The notes below the pieces were generated by a model. It had not been told where the DNA came from, searched no databases, and saw only the letters and a program-made list of their open reading frames with translations. The translations under genes and the position numbers were made by a program. Source: Azolla caroliniana (Eukaryota; Plantae; Polypodiophyta). Taken from it: a DNA stretch of 64,000 nt. The DNA lies in NCBI GenBank assembly GCA_043228905.1, contig JBHGNT010000001.1, positions 4,154,001 to 4,218,000 of the forward strand, given 5' to 3'. Of this stretch, positions 42,787 to 54,600 are shown piece after piece. Every line of letters starts with the position of its first letter. Positions within the stretch are counted from its first letter, which is position 1.

Positions 42787-44329
42787 TGTTTATTTATTTA
42801 TACACACACACATATCTGTGTATCCCTTTTATGTGTTTTTCATTGAGAAGATTCCACACATGATGAGACCATATGTGGATGGATCATATTATTAGTCATG
42901 CTTCTTATGACTCTGGATATATAAATGCCTATCGGTAGGTTCATTTTCTTTGATATTTTTTATGTGTTGATGTAGCATGGCTTTTAAATTGTCTGGAAAT
43001 GGATTCCTAGTTCAATAGGAAAGGCATTGGTATTGTTAGGGAATGGGTTGTGGCGGAATCATCCGACAATAGCTACTGTGGTTAAATCATCTGAAAAATT
43101 TGATAGTTACTCATTGATCCATGGCTGCTGAATTATCAGAGGAAATGATTTGTTGATAAATCATCAGGAAAATAGGTTTTCGAAGATCATCAGAAAGCAA
43201 TTCTTAGTTGTGAAATGAACTGTCAAGTTACTGGAAAACGGATGTTCAGTCATTGGGAAATGTGTTGTTAGATATCAGTAAATGTATTGACATATATTGT
43301 ACTTTGCTTCTTGGGGATGAAGATCAGGACATTGAGATGATTACATGCCATGCAGTGTAAAAAAATCTGAGTAAGACATTGGAATAATACATGCCATTCT
43401 GTAAAGACCTGAGGTTACAACATTGGAATAATTACCTTCTACTGATGGGCTTTCTTTTATTAGATTACTATATATAGTTTAGTTTAAAGCTACATGCTTG
43501 AACATAATTGGAATATACTTTTGATCAAATTACTTAATACTCGTACATTACAAACTAGAAAAAAAGAACTTGGATTATATATGATGGGATTACATAGATT
43601 AGATGGGATTACACGTTCATTGAATTTGCAATTATTGCTTGGAGTAAATGTTCCATAGTCATTTTTTAGACTAAGTAAAGCCATTTTCTGATGGAGTGTG
43701 AATAGTTTTTTGATGTTGAGCAAAGAATCTCAAGAGGTGTTTGAATATCTATGTGCAAATGAAAAGATTCCAGAAATTTTAGGATTTAATGTAAGTAAGC
43801 AAAAGATGTCGTTGGATTATAAAGTAGTTATTGAAGTCTAACGCATAATAAACTCAAATTATTCTCAAATAAGACTTTGATTTCATGCTCATATAAATAG
43901 TCTACCAGAAAAAATTTGTAGTCTATTTCTGAATAAAGGAAGAAATTATTCACCATCTATTCCTGCATTGGACTTGAGTGAATGTGATACCTTGAAAAAA
44001 AGTGTCTAGTTATGTAGCAAATCCATGGAGATAACAGACCATGGCCTATTTGGAATGGGTTCTGCTAGATCTTGAGATGCTGTCAATGATCTAAACCGAC
44101 ATGGAGTTTAGAGTTTAGTGTGGACCATGGGTAGTGAACTACATACGTAATGTGGGGTTTTGGAGATGCTGTCAATGATCACCTAATCTTGGTATCTAAA
44201 CTCCATGTAGGTCTACAACATCATCTCCAAGCCCAAGATGGTTTTTTCTACGAAAAAGGGCCCACGGTAACCCTAAGAAAGATTTTAGGCCAAGATCTTG
44301 CACACATCTGAGTTGACTCATCAATAAAT

Positions 44330-45230
44330 TGTCTTCACACTATTGGAGGGCAAGTTGAAGGAGTGGATTCTTACATATATCTAGGAGTCACATTTACAAG
44401 CATGAGTGGATTCTATGTATGACTCAAGTTGCTAAAGATTAGCCCATTGGAAGACATCCAATTGTAGACATGTTAGAACGATATTGCAACCATGCACACT
44501 TCCAAGAGTCTCAAACGAAAGTATGGTTATTCGACAACATGGTCATCCCTACTCTCATGTATGGTGCCTCCAAACAGGCTTTCAGCATCCTCATGTACAT
44601 GTGGCAACAAAGAGTGGTCACTAGTTGTGCTATGGATTTTACCCGAACATATGTCCAACACAAGACCATCCATGTTGAATTGGCAACACCTTCCATGATG
44701 ATAGAAGCATCATTCCTAGCAACAGAACTCATTAACCAAATTCAAGCCATGTCATATGTAAGGTGTTTGAAGCATAGAAGCACATGTCAACAATAGAACA
44801 CACAAAAGGATCATGGTAGTCACAAATAATGAAGTGGTCCAACAACAATGACCTTAACATCAAGAATTTTCCACCCTTCATATATTGTATCCCTCTCCAA
44901 ATGATGAAAAGAACAAGGTGTTGTAGCAAGATCCATGGCATCTCTATACCCAAAAGGCTTGGTTCACACCAAAGGAGCCACTTCCCCCATACATCAATTC
45001 ATGAAACTTGTCAAAGGGTGGACTCCCACAAAGACCAAGCTACATGGAAGTTTATGTGCCCCATGGCGCTCACAAAGCAATCAGGCGACTTAAGAGTCCC
45101 CCCACCACCACCACACCAACTGCATGTAGTGAGGAACATAACTAGAGCTTGAAACATTCTAAAAATTATGTGAAGGAGATATCAAAAGTAAGGAACTACT
45201 TTAAAAATAAGTATGCTACCCTCTACTCGT
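44330..45230 (+). mobile_element. Highly decayed LINE fragment of the same family as 36020-37400
   Basis: VDSYIYLGVTF and LERYCNHAHFQESQTKVWLFDNMVIPTLMYGAS parallel VGSYVYLGVTF and LERQCHQAHFQEPRTKGWLFDSLVTPSLMYAS. Boundaries approximate. Confidence 0.75.
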
Positions 45231-47156
45231 AACTACAAAGTTAGATAAATGATGGAGAATGCTGGCCCACAATAGTTTGGCCAAATGTTGCTCAAGCTTG
45301 AAAGCATAGGGAATGAACCCTTACCTTAAGCATGGGGAATCTCACACCGCCGATTTCTTCCATAACTCTTTACCACCACTAAGAGCATGTCAGTGAGTCA
45401 CCATATAGTGAGTAGAGGAATGCCAATGACTAAGGAACATGGCCCATAACATCACCAATCATGGAGGCAATTGTTCACCATGTACAATCCACAGAAGGAC
45501 ACAAGACGCACTTGTTAATATTCGTCATACCTTTATTTCACCACACGAACGAACCTTGGATATGATTCCTAATCATTGCTCCTCTCACACATACTACCTA
45601 TGCACTTCATGAATGTAAATTATCTCTTAAATCACTCCACATGCATTCAAATAATGATCATGGAGCTTTATGAAACCTAGAGTTTATAATATGTACATAT
45701 TAGTAATCATGAATTCTCCCATATTAGTAATCATGATTTGTTGCATAGATCAAATTTGCTTCAGCTATTCTGAAAGAAATAGTTGCAGAAAATCTAATTT
45801 GGTGATGTTTCAATTGAAATCCAACTAGCTAGTAGCGAAGCTACATCATTTTACTTTGATGTGTATCCCAACATACATTAATACATAAATACATAATGGT
45901 ACCATATACAGCATTAGTACTGATACCAATAGTTCTTTTGAATTATGTCACCTCTTCTACTCCAACATCCACGAGAGCTGGAAAGTTCACAGACTATTAT
46001 GGATGAGGAAGAGCCCTGGCAATAGACATGTATGGACTTGGAGAGTGGTCTGTTCTAGGTCGTCTAGACTATTCTAAAAAGTGATAAAACAAGGTATACA
46101 GACTCTCAACCTCTTTGTAACAATCCAGGTAATCGGGAAAAAAGGGATTCAAACCCTTAACCTATATAGACAAATGCACACAATAGAATTCATGCATATA
46201 TATTTTAAGCACAGTAGAGGTCCTCACACATTATCATCATCAATATACTACATTAATTTATTTAAAATGCAAAATTTGTATATACACAGACATGGTTGTA
46301 TAATGATAAACTTGTGCTATGCAACATTTTGCATGTCCAAGTCTTGAGCTTAACAGTTACATTATAGATGTAAATATCTGCTGCTGAAAATGACTTTACT
46401 AAATACTGTCATTAGTGAAGAGGCAAATGAGAACTTTTAAGGAAATGTAAATATGCCTTGGACTAAATGGAATTCTCTCTCATGTACATCAACAAGTTAA
46501 GCATTTTAACAGTGGCAGATGCAAGATAGACTTGAATGACATAAAGATAGAGGGCTTCACTAAAATATACCCCATGTATCAAACACATTTGTATAAATAT
46601 ACACCTAGGATATCATATCCCTTCCACTGCCAGAATGTATTTGATATTGATTCGACAAATCCAACCAGAGGCTTAGAATTTAGACATTGACTGTTTGAAT
46701 GAGTGCTGCAGGTTCTAATCTAACTTTTGGACATGCTAAATTTGCCAAACATAAAAGTAGAACCAATGAACTCTAGATGGATGACATTGAGCGTATCTTG
46801 ACTGAGATCATAAGCTTGAGTCAATAATGATCCAATTCAGAATATGACCACAAATGTTCAACAATGCTATGAAACTTCACAGTAATGATTAGAAACATAC
46901 AGAAGTATTAGAAGCTACAAATCCACTCATTGATTGAAACAAATAAATATATATATATATATACAAGGACCACATGCTTCTCCTCCAGCACTCACCTTCA
47001 CGTTCTAATAGTATTATATGTTTGCAAACTTGAAAAGGGCAATTCTTCGGCCACCACATGTTACAATAGAGATGAAATTTGAACTTACAGGTAATTCCCC
47101 TGAGAGGTTTTACATGTAAAGAACTCTTGAGAGATTCGGTCTCTGCTTTTTTGTCC

Positions 47157-49857
47157 CTAAATGTGGCTCTTACCATTTCCAGAATTTCCTGATGAACTGC
47201 TTTCACATTCATTCCTCATGTTAAGAACATCACAACAAGTTTCATCCTCTTCAACCTTCCTTTTTGCATAAGACATGGGGGATATCCGTTCTAAAGCTCG
47301 ACCAACACCAACACCCATGTCCCTAGCTCGAGCTCCAATATCAGATGTTTCGTTGGTTTGCACACGTAGCCTCTCCCTTAAGCCCTTAGTTGACCTAGAT
47401 AAAGTTTCTTTATATCTGCCAAGTTTCAATAAATATGTTGATTTTAAAGAGCATGCCAACAATAGATACCATTTGATGTGGTCATGGCATATTGAACTCT
47501 AATGTGATAATGCAATACACATGGCATACCTCAGGGATGCAGCTGCAAAGCGTGACTTCAATGTCTCGGATATGGAAACTATTTCAGATAATACTGATTT
47601 CTGTTGATTCTCCTCACCATACTCAGGTTCCGTTTTTTCTCTACCACTTCAAAATGTGTGATGATGTGTTATAGCTTCAAACATTTGCAGTAATGAATTA
47701 AAAAGCAAATAACTGACTTTTTACATTGCTATACCTGTCTTCTTCCCCAGCATCTACTCCGCCCTTACTGAATAGTGCAATATGATGACGATCACTGGTG
47801 GGTCGCACTGAATGCTCTCGAGAAGGTCCAATGGCACCTAATTTAGAAAAACTTGCACCTTGTCCAGCTGCTGAGGAAATTGGAGAATGTGTTGTAGGCA
47901 CCATCACAAGCTGTGGATGACCATGTGTACTTAACCCTCTACCACACAAAGACTCCCCTGTTGCAAAGTGATGAGCCCTAGCAGCCACAGCTAAGTGTCG
48001 CATAATCCTTTGTTCAAAGTCAGAATCATTTGCAAATGCTGGTACCTACATATTAGCAAGCTCCAAAATTTATACAGTTTCAGTTCAGGGAGCAATATCC
48101 AATGGTCCCATACCTGAAATTCAAATCCTCCTGTGGAATGTCTTCGTAACACTGAGGATGCCATCACAAACTTCTCTCGCTCAACAGCATCCAAGAGCTC
48201 TTGGCTGTTTTGGTATATCATGAAACTTTTTAATACTCTTACACAGTTTCTTCCATCAAATGGGTTTGTGTTGGATGAAGCACATACCTGTTAGGATCCT
48301 CTAAGCTTAGAGGCTGCCAGCACATCGGACACTCTTTGCTTCTTTGGGCCCTGATGACCATGAGAACAAATTTGGAGCAATCATTTTTTCTTCACGCATG
48401 TCAACGACTTGATTAAAAGATCTAAGTCAAGGGTAATAGCACAAACCATTCAAGAATGCACTGAAGATGATACCCATGTTTGCAAGAGGTAACCTATAAA
48501 CCAAAACAATTATTCTGAATCCTCAAAAGAACCCATGCTAAGAACAAAAATTATATTGTTCATAGTGCTAATGATGTCTAAGCCTGATCTAAATAGAATT
48601 TTCACCAAATATTGGCATAGCATTATCATGACAAATGTAAAAAAATGCATGTATGTACAAGTACATGCAAACATACATACATGTATACAGACACATATCT
48701 ATGAAATATGGATATTTCTACACATTTTTTCAGTTTTTGTAAGACTGGATAAGCAGCATGTACAACAGCTAAGGCAATCTGTCGCTGTTGCAATTGGAAT
48801 AATTACCTAGTCAGTGGGGGATATTGTCGCACACACATATCATGTGAATGAAATTGCTCACTGTATCCTCAAAATTAGAGTGTTCATATCAACTGTTTTT
48901 TAGAGTTTCTCATGATAGAATTAAAATAGAAAAAGACTGAATTGATCTGATCATCATGTGAGATATACATGCTGCTGGACATTAAACCTAAGTTTCACAT
49001 TATGCAATTCATCATGTAATAGATGTTGAGAGTCATTCCACTTTGTAGTTATTAAATGCCAATGTTCTCGAAAGCAGTACTCTTATCTATTGCTTTCTTC
49101 AAATGTTGATTTCCAATTTGCACGCCTGGAACTTGCCTAATAGAGCATACCCTGTTGAACATCGTGCCAACCTTGGAATACATAATGGTTCACCATAGGT
49201 CAAAGTGAACAACTGCTTTTTATATTTACTCCTATCCAACCGGACTAGATCAAACATTTGGCATCATCAACCAATTCTCTGAGAATGTTCACTGAATGCA
49301 GATTGCTAATTTAAATTCCTATTCGTAGTGAGACTGTGTACATTACTGTATAATGAAAAGTAACTCTATTTCTAGGATTTATTGTGGGGGTTCAGAAAGA
49401 TAAACAATCCTATAGTCAGTTTTATAACAAAAGCTCCACTGAAAATCTCAAATTCCTTTTTGTCAATGGAGGGGTAATTATTTACTCTTTGTAATCACGT
49501 AGAGTTATATTTCTTTAAGGTATGTCAACGTTGAAATTTCGAATTTTGAATCTACGAAAAAGTAAAACATCATCGGATTCTTAAGAATAATAATATCAAG
49601 GACGATTTCAACAATGGAATTTAAGCTTAGATCAAAGCTCGCATTACTGCCACTTCACGAGATCAGAGAAGCATGTATAGCACAGATACTAATAGAGAGA
49701 AAATAAATTCTAGAAACGAAGGACGGTGACAAAAGCTACTGACCGTGATGGGATTGTTGTCGGAAAAGAGCTCGAGGCAAACACTGCAGAGATCCTGTGA
49801 AGCTTCCTGAATTCCACCCTCCACAAAGGCAGCCGCAGAGGAAGGGTGAGCTTCCAT
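47157..49857 (-). CDS. RING-H2 E3 ubiquitin ligase, RHF1A/RHF2A-like. Exons 49744-49857, 48447-48493, 48288-48350, 48114-48204, 47735-48045, 47530-47640 (or 47646), 47157-47415
   Basis: Spliced at GT-AG sites: SAAAFVEGGIQEASQDLCSVCLELF..VTSCKHGYHLQCILEWAQRSKECPMCWQPLSLEDPNSQELLDAVERE..FEQRIMRHLA..SETLKSRFAAASLRYKETLSRSTKGLRERL, the conserved blocks of RHF1A/2A proteins. Confidence 0.88.
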
Positions 49858-50043
49858 GGTTAAACGCAAGAGCTTCGAGATGGGTTCCTGCTGGTTTGCT
49901 CTGTTCTGCTCTCTACAAGGAGGTATATGCCTGGTTCTGTGTCTTCAACACAAAGACCACATCTGTTTTCTTGTTCTTCTTTTATGAAGAAGAAGAAGAA
50001 GAAGACTCAAAAGGGAGGAGGAGGACTATAGAATAAAAATAGG

Positions 50044-50077
<34 letters not shown>

Positions 50078-51665
50078 TAAGAGATTGATAAACATGATTG
50101 AAGGGGGGGGGGGGTAATGAATGAATGACTAATAAAACTTGTGACTCACAAAACATAAGGTATGGTTCATGTCTCTCTTGCCTTCTCTTTAAAAAAGAAG
50201 AAGAAGAAGAAGGAAAAAAAAAATGATGCATTGTGGGTTCGAAACCTCGTCCATCACTTTTTATATGTTTCTCTCTTATGAGAGAGGCTCATGTCGTTCT
50301 TGCCCTCTCCTCCCGTCCAACCCCCCACCTACCCCCCTTTTCCTTTCTGCTACCTCCCCTCTCATCTCAAAACTTCCGCCCATTGCAATAATACTCCCTC
50401 CTGCCTTCTTTCACGTTCATGTCATTAAACATTGCTCTGATCTCCTTTCACCTCGAAGTGGTTTTACGTCAGTTCTGCAATGGTCATCCATTCCGATTAC
50501 CAATATATTCTCGTGCTTCTATAAGCTTGCAACCCCAAAACGTTGTACATGATGTCTGCATCGATTCCATAGGACACTTATATTAACAATCAAGAGGAAC
50601 AAAGACAAAACGTCTTCAACAAATAAGGGGTCAATTTGAGCTCGCCAAAAGCATGATTGGTAAGTTGGTTAGGTTTATACTAATGTTGCATACACAATGC
50701 CAAAGCATTGAAACTTTCTATATGGCCATTTTATATGGAATCAATGTTGTGCCCAAGGAGGGGGTGACAATGCTTGTTTGAACCATACAATAAATTTGTT
50801 ATTCCTTTCCAATAATGTGTCGACGCATGTGGTTTTCTTTCTATGAGAGGACGAGGATGAGCATGGTCTCAATCACCTATTAGGTGTAGAGATATAAATG
50901 AATGTAGACATAAGGATTTGTATGCATGCAAACACCCTTCTTTCCTTTATAGTATTATATGTTTGTACAACTTTAGACAAATGAACAAAAAAGGTCGTGG
51001 AAAGAGGTCCTAAAATGGCATAATTGTATAATCAACCTTTACGTTTCCCATTGATATTGTCAAACAAAGAAATCGTGTATCGAGTCAATACCTTATTTTT
51101 CTCTATCGAGAATAAACAATAATGTATAAGTATAATGATGTGCCCATTGACCAAGGCAATATCGAAAGTTCATGTACAACTATCAAGAACCTCAGTGATA
51201 AAGAAATGAACCAACATGAATATGTGCCATGTATGAAACATATGTTGAGCATCCACAAAAATTGCTTGATTCCGTAGTCTTTGGCAAGTTGGTTGGTGAC
51301 TTCCATCTCCACAATCTCAATAAGCCAATGCTTATGTTTCATATTTTTCTTTATCCCTTCTTAACAAGGCGGTGAAAACCATTCATCTAGTGATATGTAT
51401 CATCAAGAACCCCCCAAAAAATCATGACACAGCAAAGGTGCAATCATGGCTAAGACAATCTCTTTAAAAGTGGGGATTCTGTACACCTAGAGGTCGTGTT
51501 ACCCTTCCAAAAGCTCAACAATATCTAGGCCCATTATGGATTGTGCATTTACATAATCCTTTGTGGATCCTCTTCTAATGGTCATGAGGTCGCCTATGAG
51601 ATGCACTTTACCATGTTTCGGGGTGCCTGAAAGGATACCAATGCAACGACATATGGTGCTCTAAT

Positions 51666-54600
51666 TGTCGAATACATGTGTATAATGGACGTATTCACAC
51701 TATTCCGTTTTGGCCATTTATGAAATTATCATAAAGGGTAGTTGCCCTAAGTCGGTCACTATATATAGTGACCTTGTAACCTCTTTGTGAGGTTGGATGT
51801 TGTATTATTTGCTTTATGGAATAAAGACTCTTTTGTGCCTCTCTCTCTCTCTCTCTGTGCAACGACCTACCTTCTGTCATACGCAGGTACTCAGAACAGA
51901 ACTGAATGCTCCTTGATCTTCCGCATTGACGACCTCGCTTTCAACATCTGGTATCAGAGCCTGCACAGTAGTCGGTCCTTCAATCCGCTGTCGGCCGTCG
52001 TCTCAGCATTCGGTTTCCTGCGTCATTCGAAGAAGAGAGAAGAAGAAGAAAAACAGGTTTGCATCTCATCGCGTTAGATCCTCTTGCTTGGAGTAAGCCT
52101 TCAGGTTGTACTCTGTTCCTTGTGATCGTAACCGCTCGAGGTGAAATCCCCTTGTGCAACATTGACGCGATCGTGCTCCACTCGGTTAAACAGCATCCGA
52201 AGAGGTAATCAAACGCCGCTCGTTGTAACCACTCGGTGCAGATCGGTCTTAAGACAACAGCCCCAAATTCGTGCTTCATCTGGCTGATCGACATTCGGGA
52301 GGATCAGTTGGATCCGTCTCTCTCGTCACTGCAGCCACCCGAAGCAGAATCGGTCCAAATAATCGGTTTCAATAATCGGTATTCGGCATATATATCCGAA
52401 GCGAACCGGGCTCACTCCGACTCGGCAACATTCGGGAAGACCAGTCGGTTCTGTCCCTCAAGCTACCGGAGTCAATTCGAGCAAGTTCCGAAGCCGAACC
52501 GACTCGGGTTCAAATCTGACTAGAACGATATCGGGTGAGCCAACCGGCTGCACTCCAACAAGGTTCGTAGTCAACTCCGAACCGAGCTTCGTCAACCGAA
52601 ACCGAATTTGATGGCATCAACATCCGGCTCGTCAGAAATGAGTCTACGAAAGTTCGATGGATCGAACTTCAACTTCTGGAAAGAGCAAATGCAGGACTAT
52701 CTCATAGTCAAGGGACAAATCGATCCCATCGAAAATGAAGAACCTCCAGAAGGATACAAACCAGTTGAGTGGCAGAAGCTGGACAGAATCGTCCGTGCCA
52801 CGATTCGGATGCACCTATCGGAATCGGTATATTTTACGGTGCAATCGTGTACGACAGCATTCGAACTGTGGAAAACACTGTCGGACACTTACGAAAAGAA
52901 GGTCGCCGCAACGAAGATGTTTCTGATCCGGCGCCTCTACAACTTGCGGATGAAAGAATCCGATTCGGTTCAAGCACACCTCAATGAGTACGAAAGCATA
53001 AGCTCCCAAATCTCGTCACAGGGGACGGCAATTGAGGATGAACTCAGAGCAATGATACTCATGAGCAGCCTTCCCTCATCATGGGAAACTTTCGTCACAA
53101 CCGTGTGCAACGCGTCAACCACGGCTGTTAAATACTCCGAAGTCACGAGCGCAATCCTGACCGAAGCAGCTCGGAGAAAGTCTTTCGCCAAAGACTCAAC
53201 AGACGACGCTTATGTAGTACAAGGTTTGACAGACCGATCGAACATACGAGGAAGAGATTCCTCACGACCGCCGAACAATCAGCGAAGACGGAGCCAGTCA
53301 CGGGATAACCGAATCTGCAATTATTGCAAGAAACCCGGACACATCAAAGCCGACTGCCGCGCACTCAAGAACAAGAACAACAAGAAGAGTGGCCGGCATG
53401 AGGAGATCAATTACGTCAGCTTCTCAGCTGATGTACTACCTGACGACCCGAATATACTATCAATAGAAAATCCAGTCGGATCAGAAGTTCTACTCACGAC
53501 TGAAGAATCGAGCACATGGCTCTTGGATTCGGGCGCGTCATTTCACGTGACTCCTCATCGATCCCAATTTCGGCAATATACGATCCGTCACTCCGACTCA
53601 GTTCGAGTCGGCAACTCACAACACTGTGACATCGTCGGAATCGGCACAGTAGAGCTCAACCTTGCAGGGGGCTCTACACTTGTACTCCACAATGTCCGAC
53701 ATGTACCCGAGCTCACAAGGCCATTGATCTCAGTCGGACAACTAGATGAAGACGGCATTCGTGCCGGTTTTTCTTCGGGAGGGTGGACACTCCACAGGGG
53801 GAACCTCCTGCTTGCTAGAGGACCCAAGATACACTCACTGTATCCGTTACATGTTACGCTCAGAGAGGGTAACCTGTTTTTGGTGGATATTCCTGTGTCA
53901 TCACTATGGCACAGAAGATTAGGACACCTCAGCAAGGCCGGCATCACGCACCTATCTAGAGCCGGATACATCCCTAAACTCTCCTTCTCCGACCATCAAT
54001 TTTGCGAGCATTGCCAGTATGGCAAACAAGCAGCCACATCACACCCGACATCAGCACCAAGAGAATCGAGACCTCTCGATTTGGTCCACTCGGACGTCTG
54101 TGGCCCAATGCCGCATCAGTCTCTCGGTGGTGCCTCTTACTTCGTCACTTTTATTGACGATTCGACTCGAAAGGTGTGGGCTTATCTAATTCGCACCAAA
54201 GATCGGGTCTTCTCGATCTTCACCGATTGGCTCGCTATGGTAGAAAATCAAACCGACCGAAAGCTGAAATGCCTTCGGACCGACAATGGGGGAGAGTTCA
54301 AATCAGAAGAATTCGTCAAATTCTGCCGACAACGCGGCATCCGACGTGAATTTACGGCACCACACAGTCCGGAGCAAAACGGGATTGCAGAACGAATGAA
54401 TCGGACAATCCAAGAAAGGATAGTTTCCATGCTCCAACACTCCGGACTGTCGGATGGCTTCTGGGCAGAGGCTCTACTCACGGCAGTACACATAATCAAT
54501 ATGTCGCCAAGTAGACCTCTAGGACTTCAAATTCCTCAGGAACTATGGAACGGCAGTAAGCCGAATTACGACAAGCTGAGGATCTTCGGATGCGAGGCGT

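Noticed and set aside
44066-44240. Short direct repeat GAGATGCTGTCAATGATC and inverted CATGGAGTTTAGA/TCTAAACTCCATG as a miRNA or MITE hairpin
   Set aside because: Pairing is limited to about 13-16 bp with no TSD; insufficient evidence.
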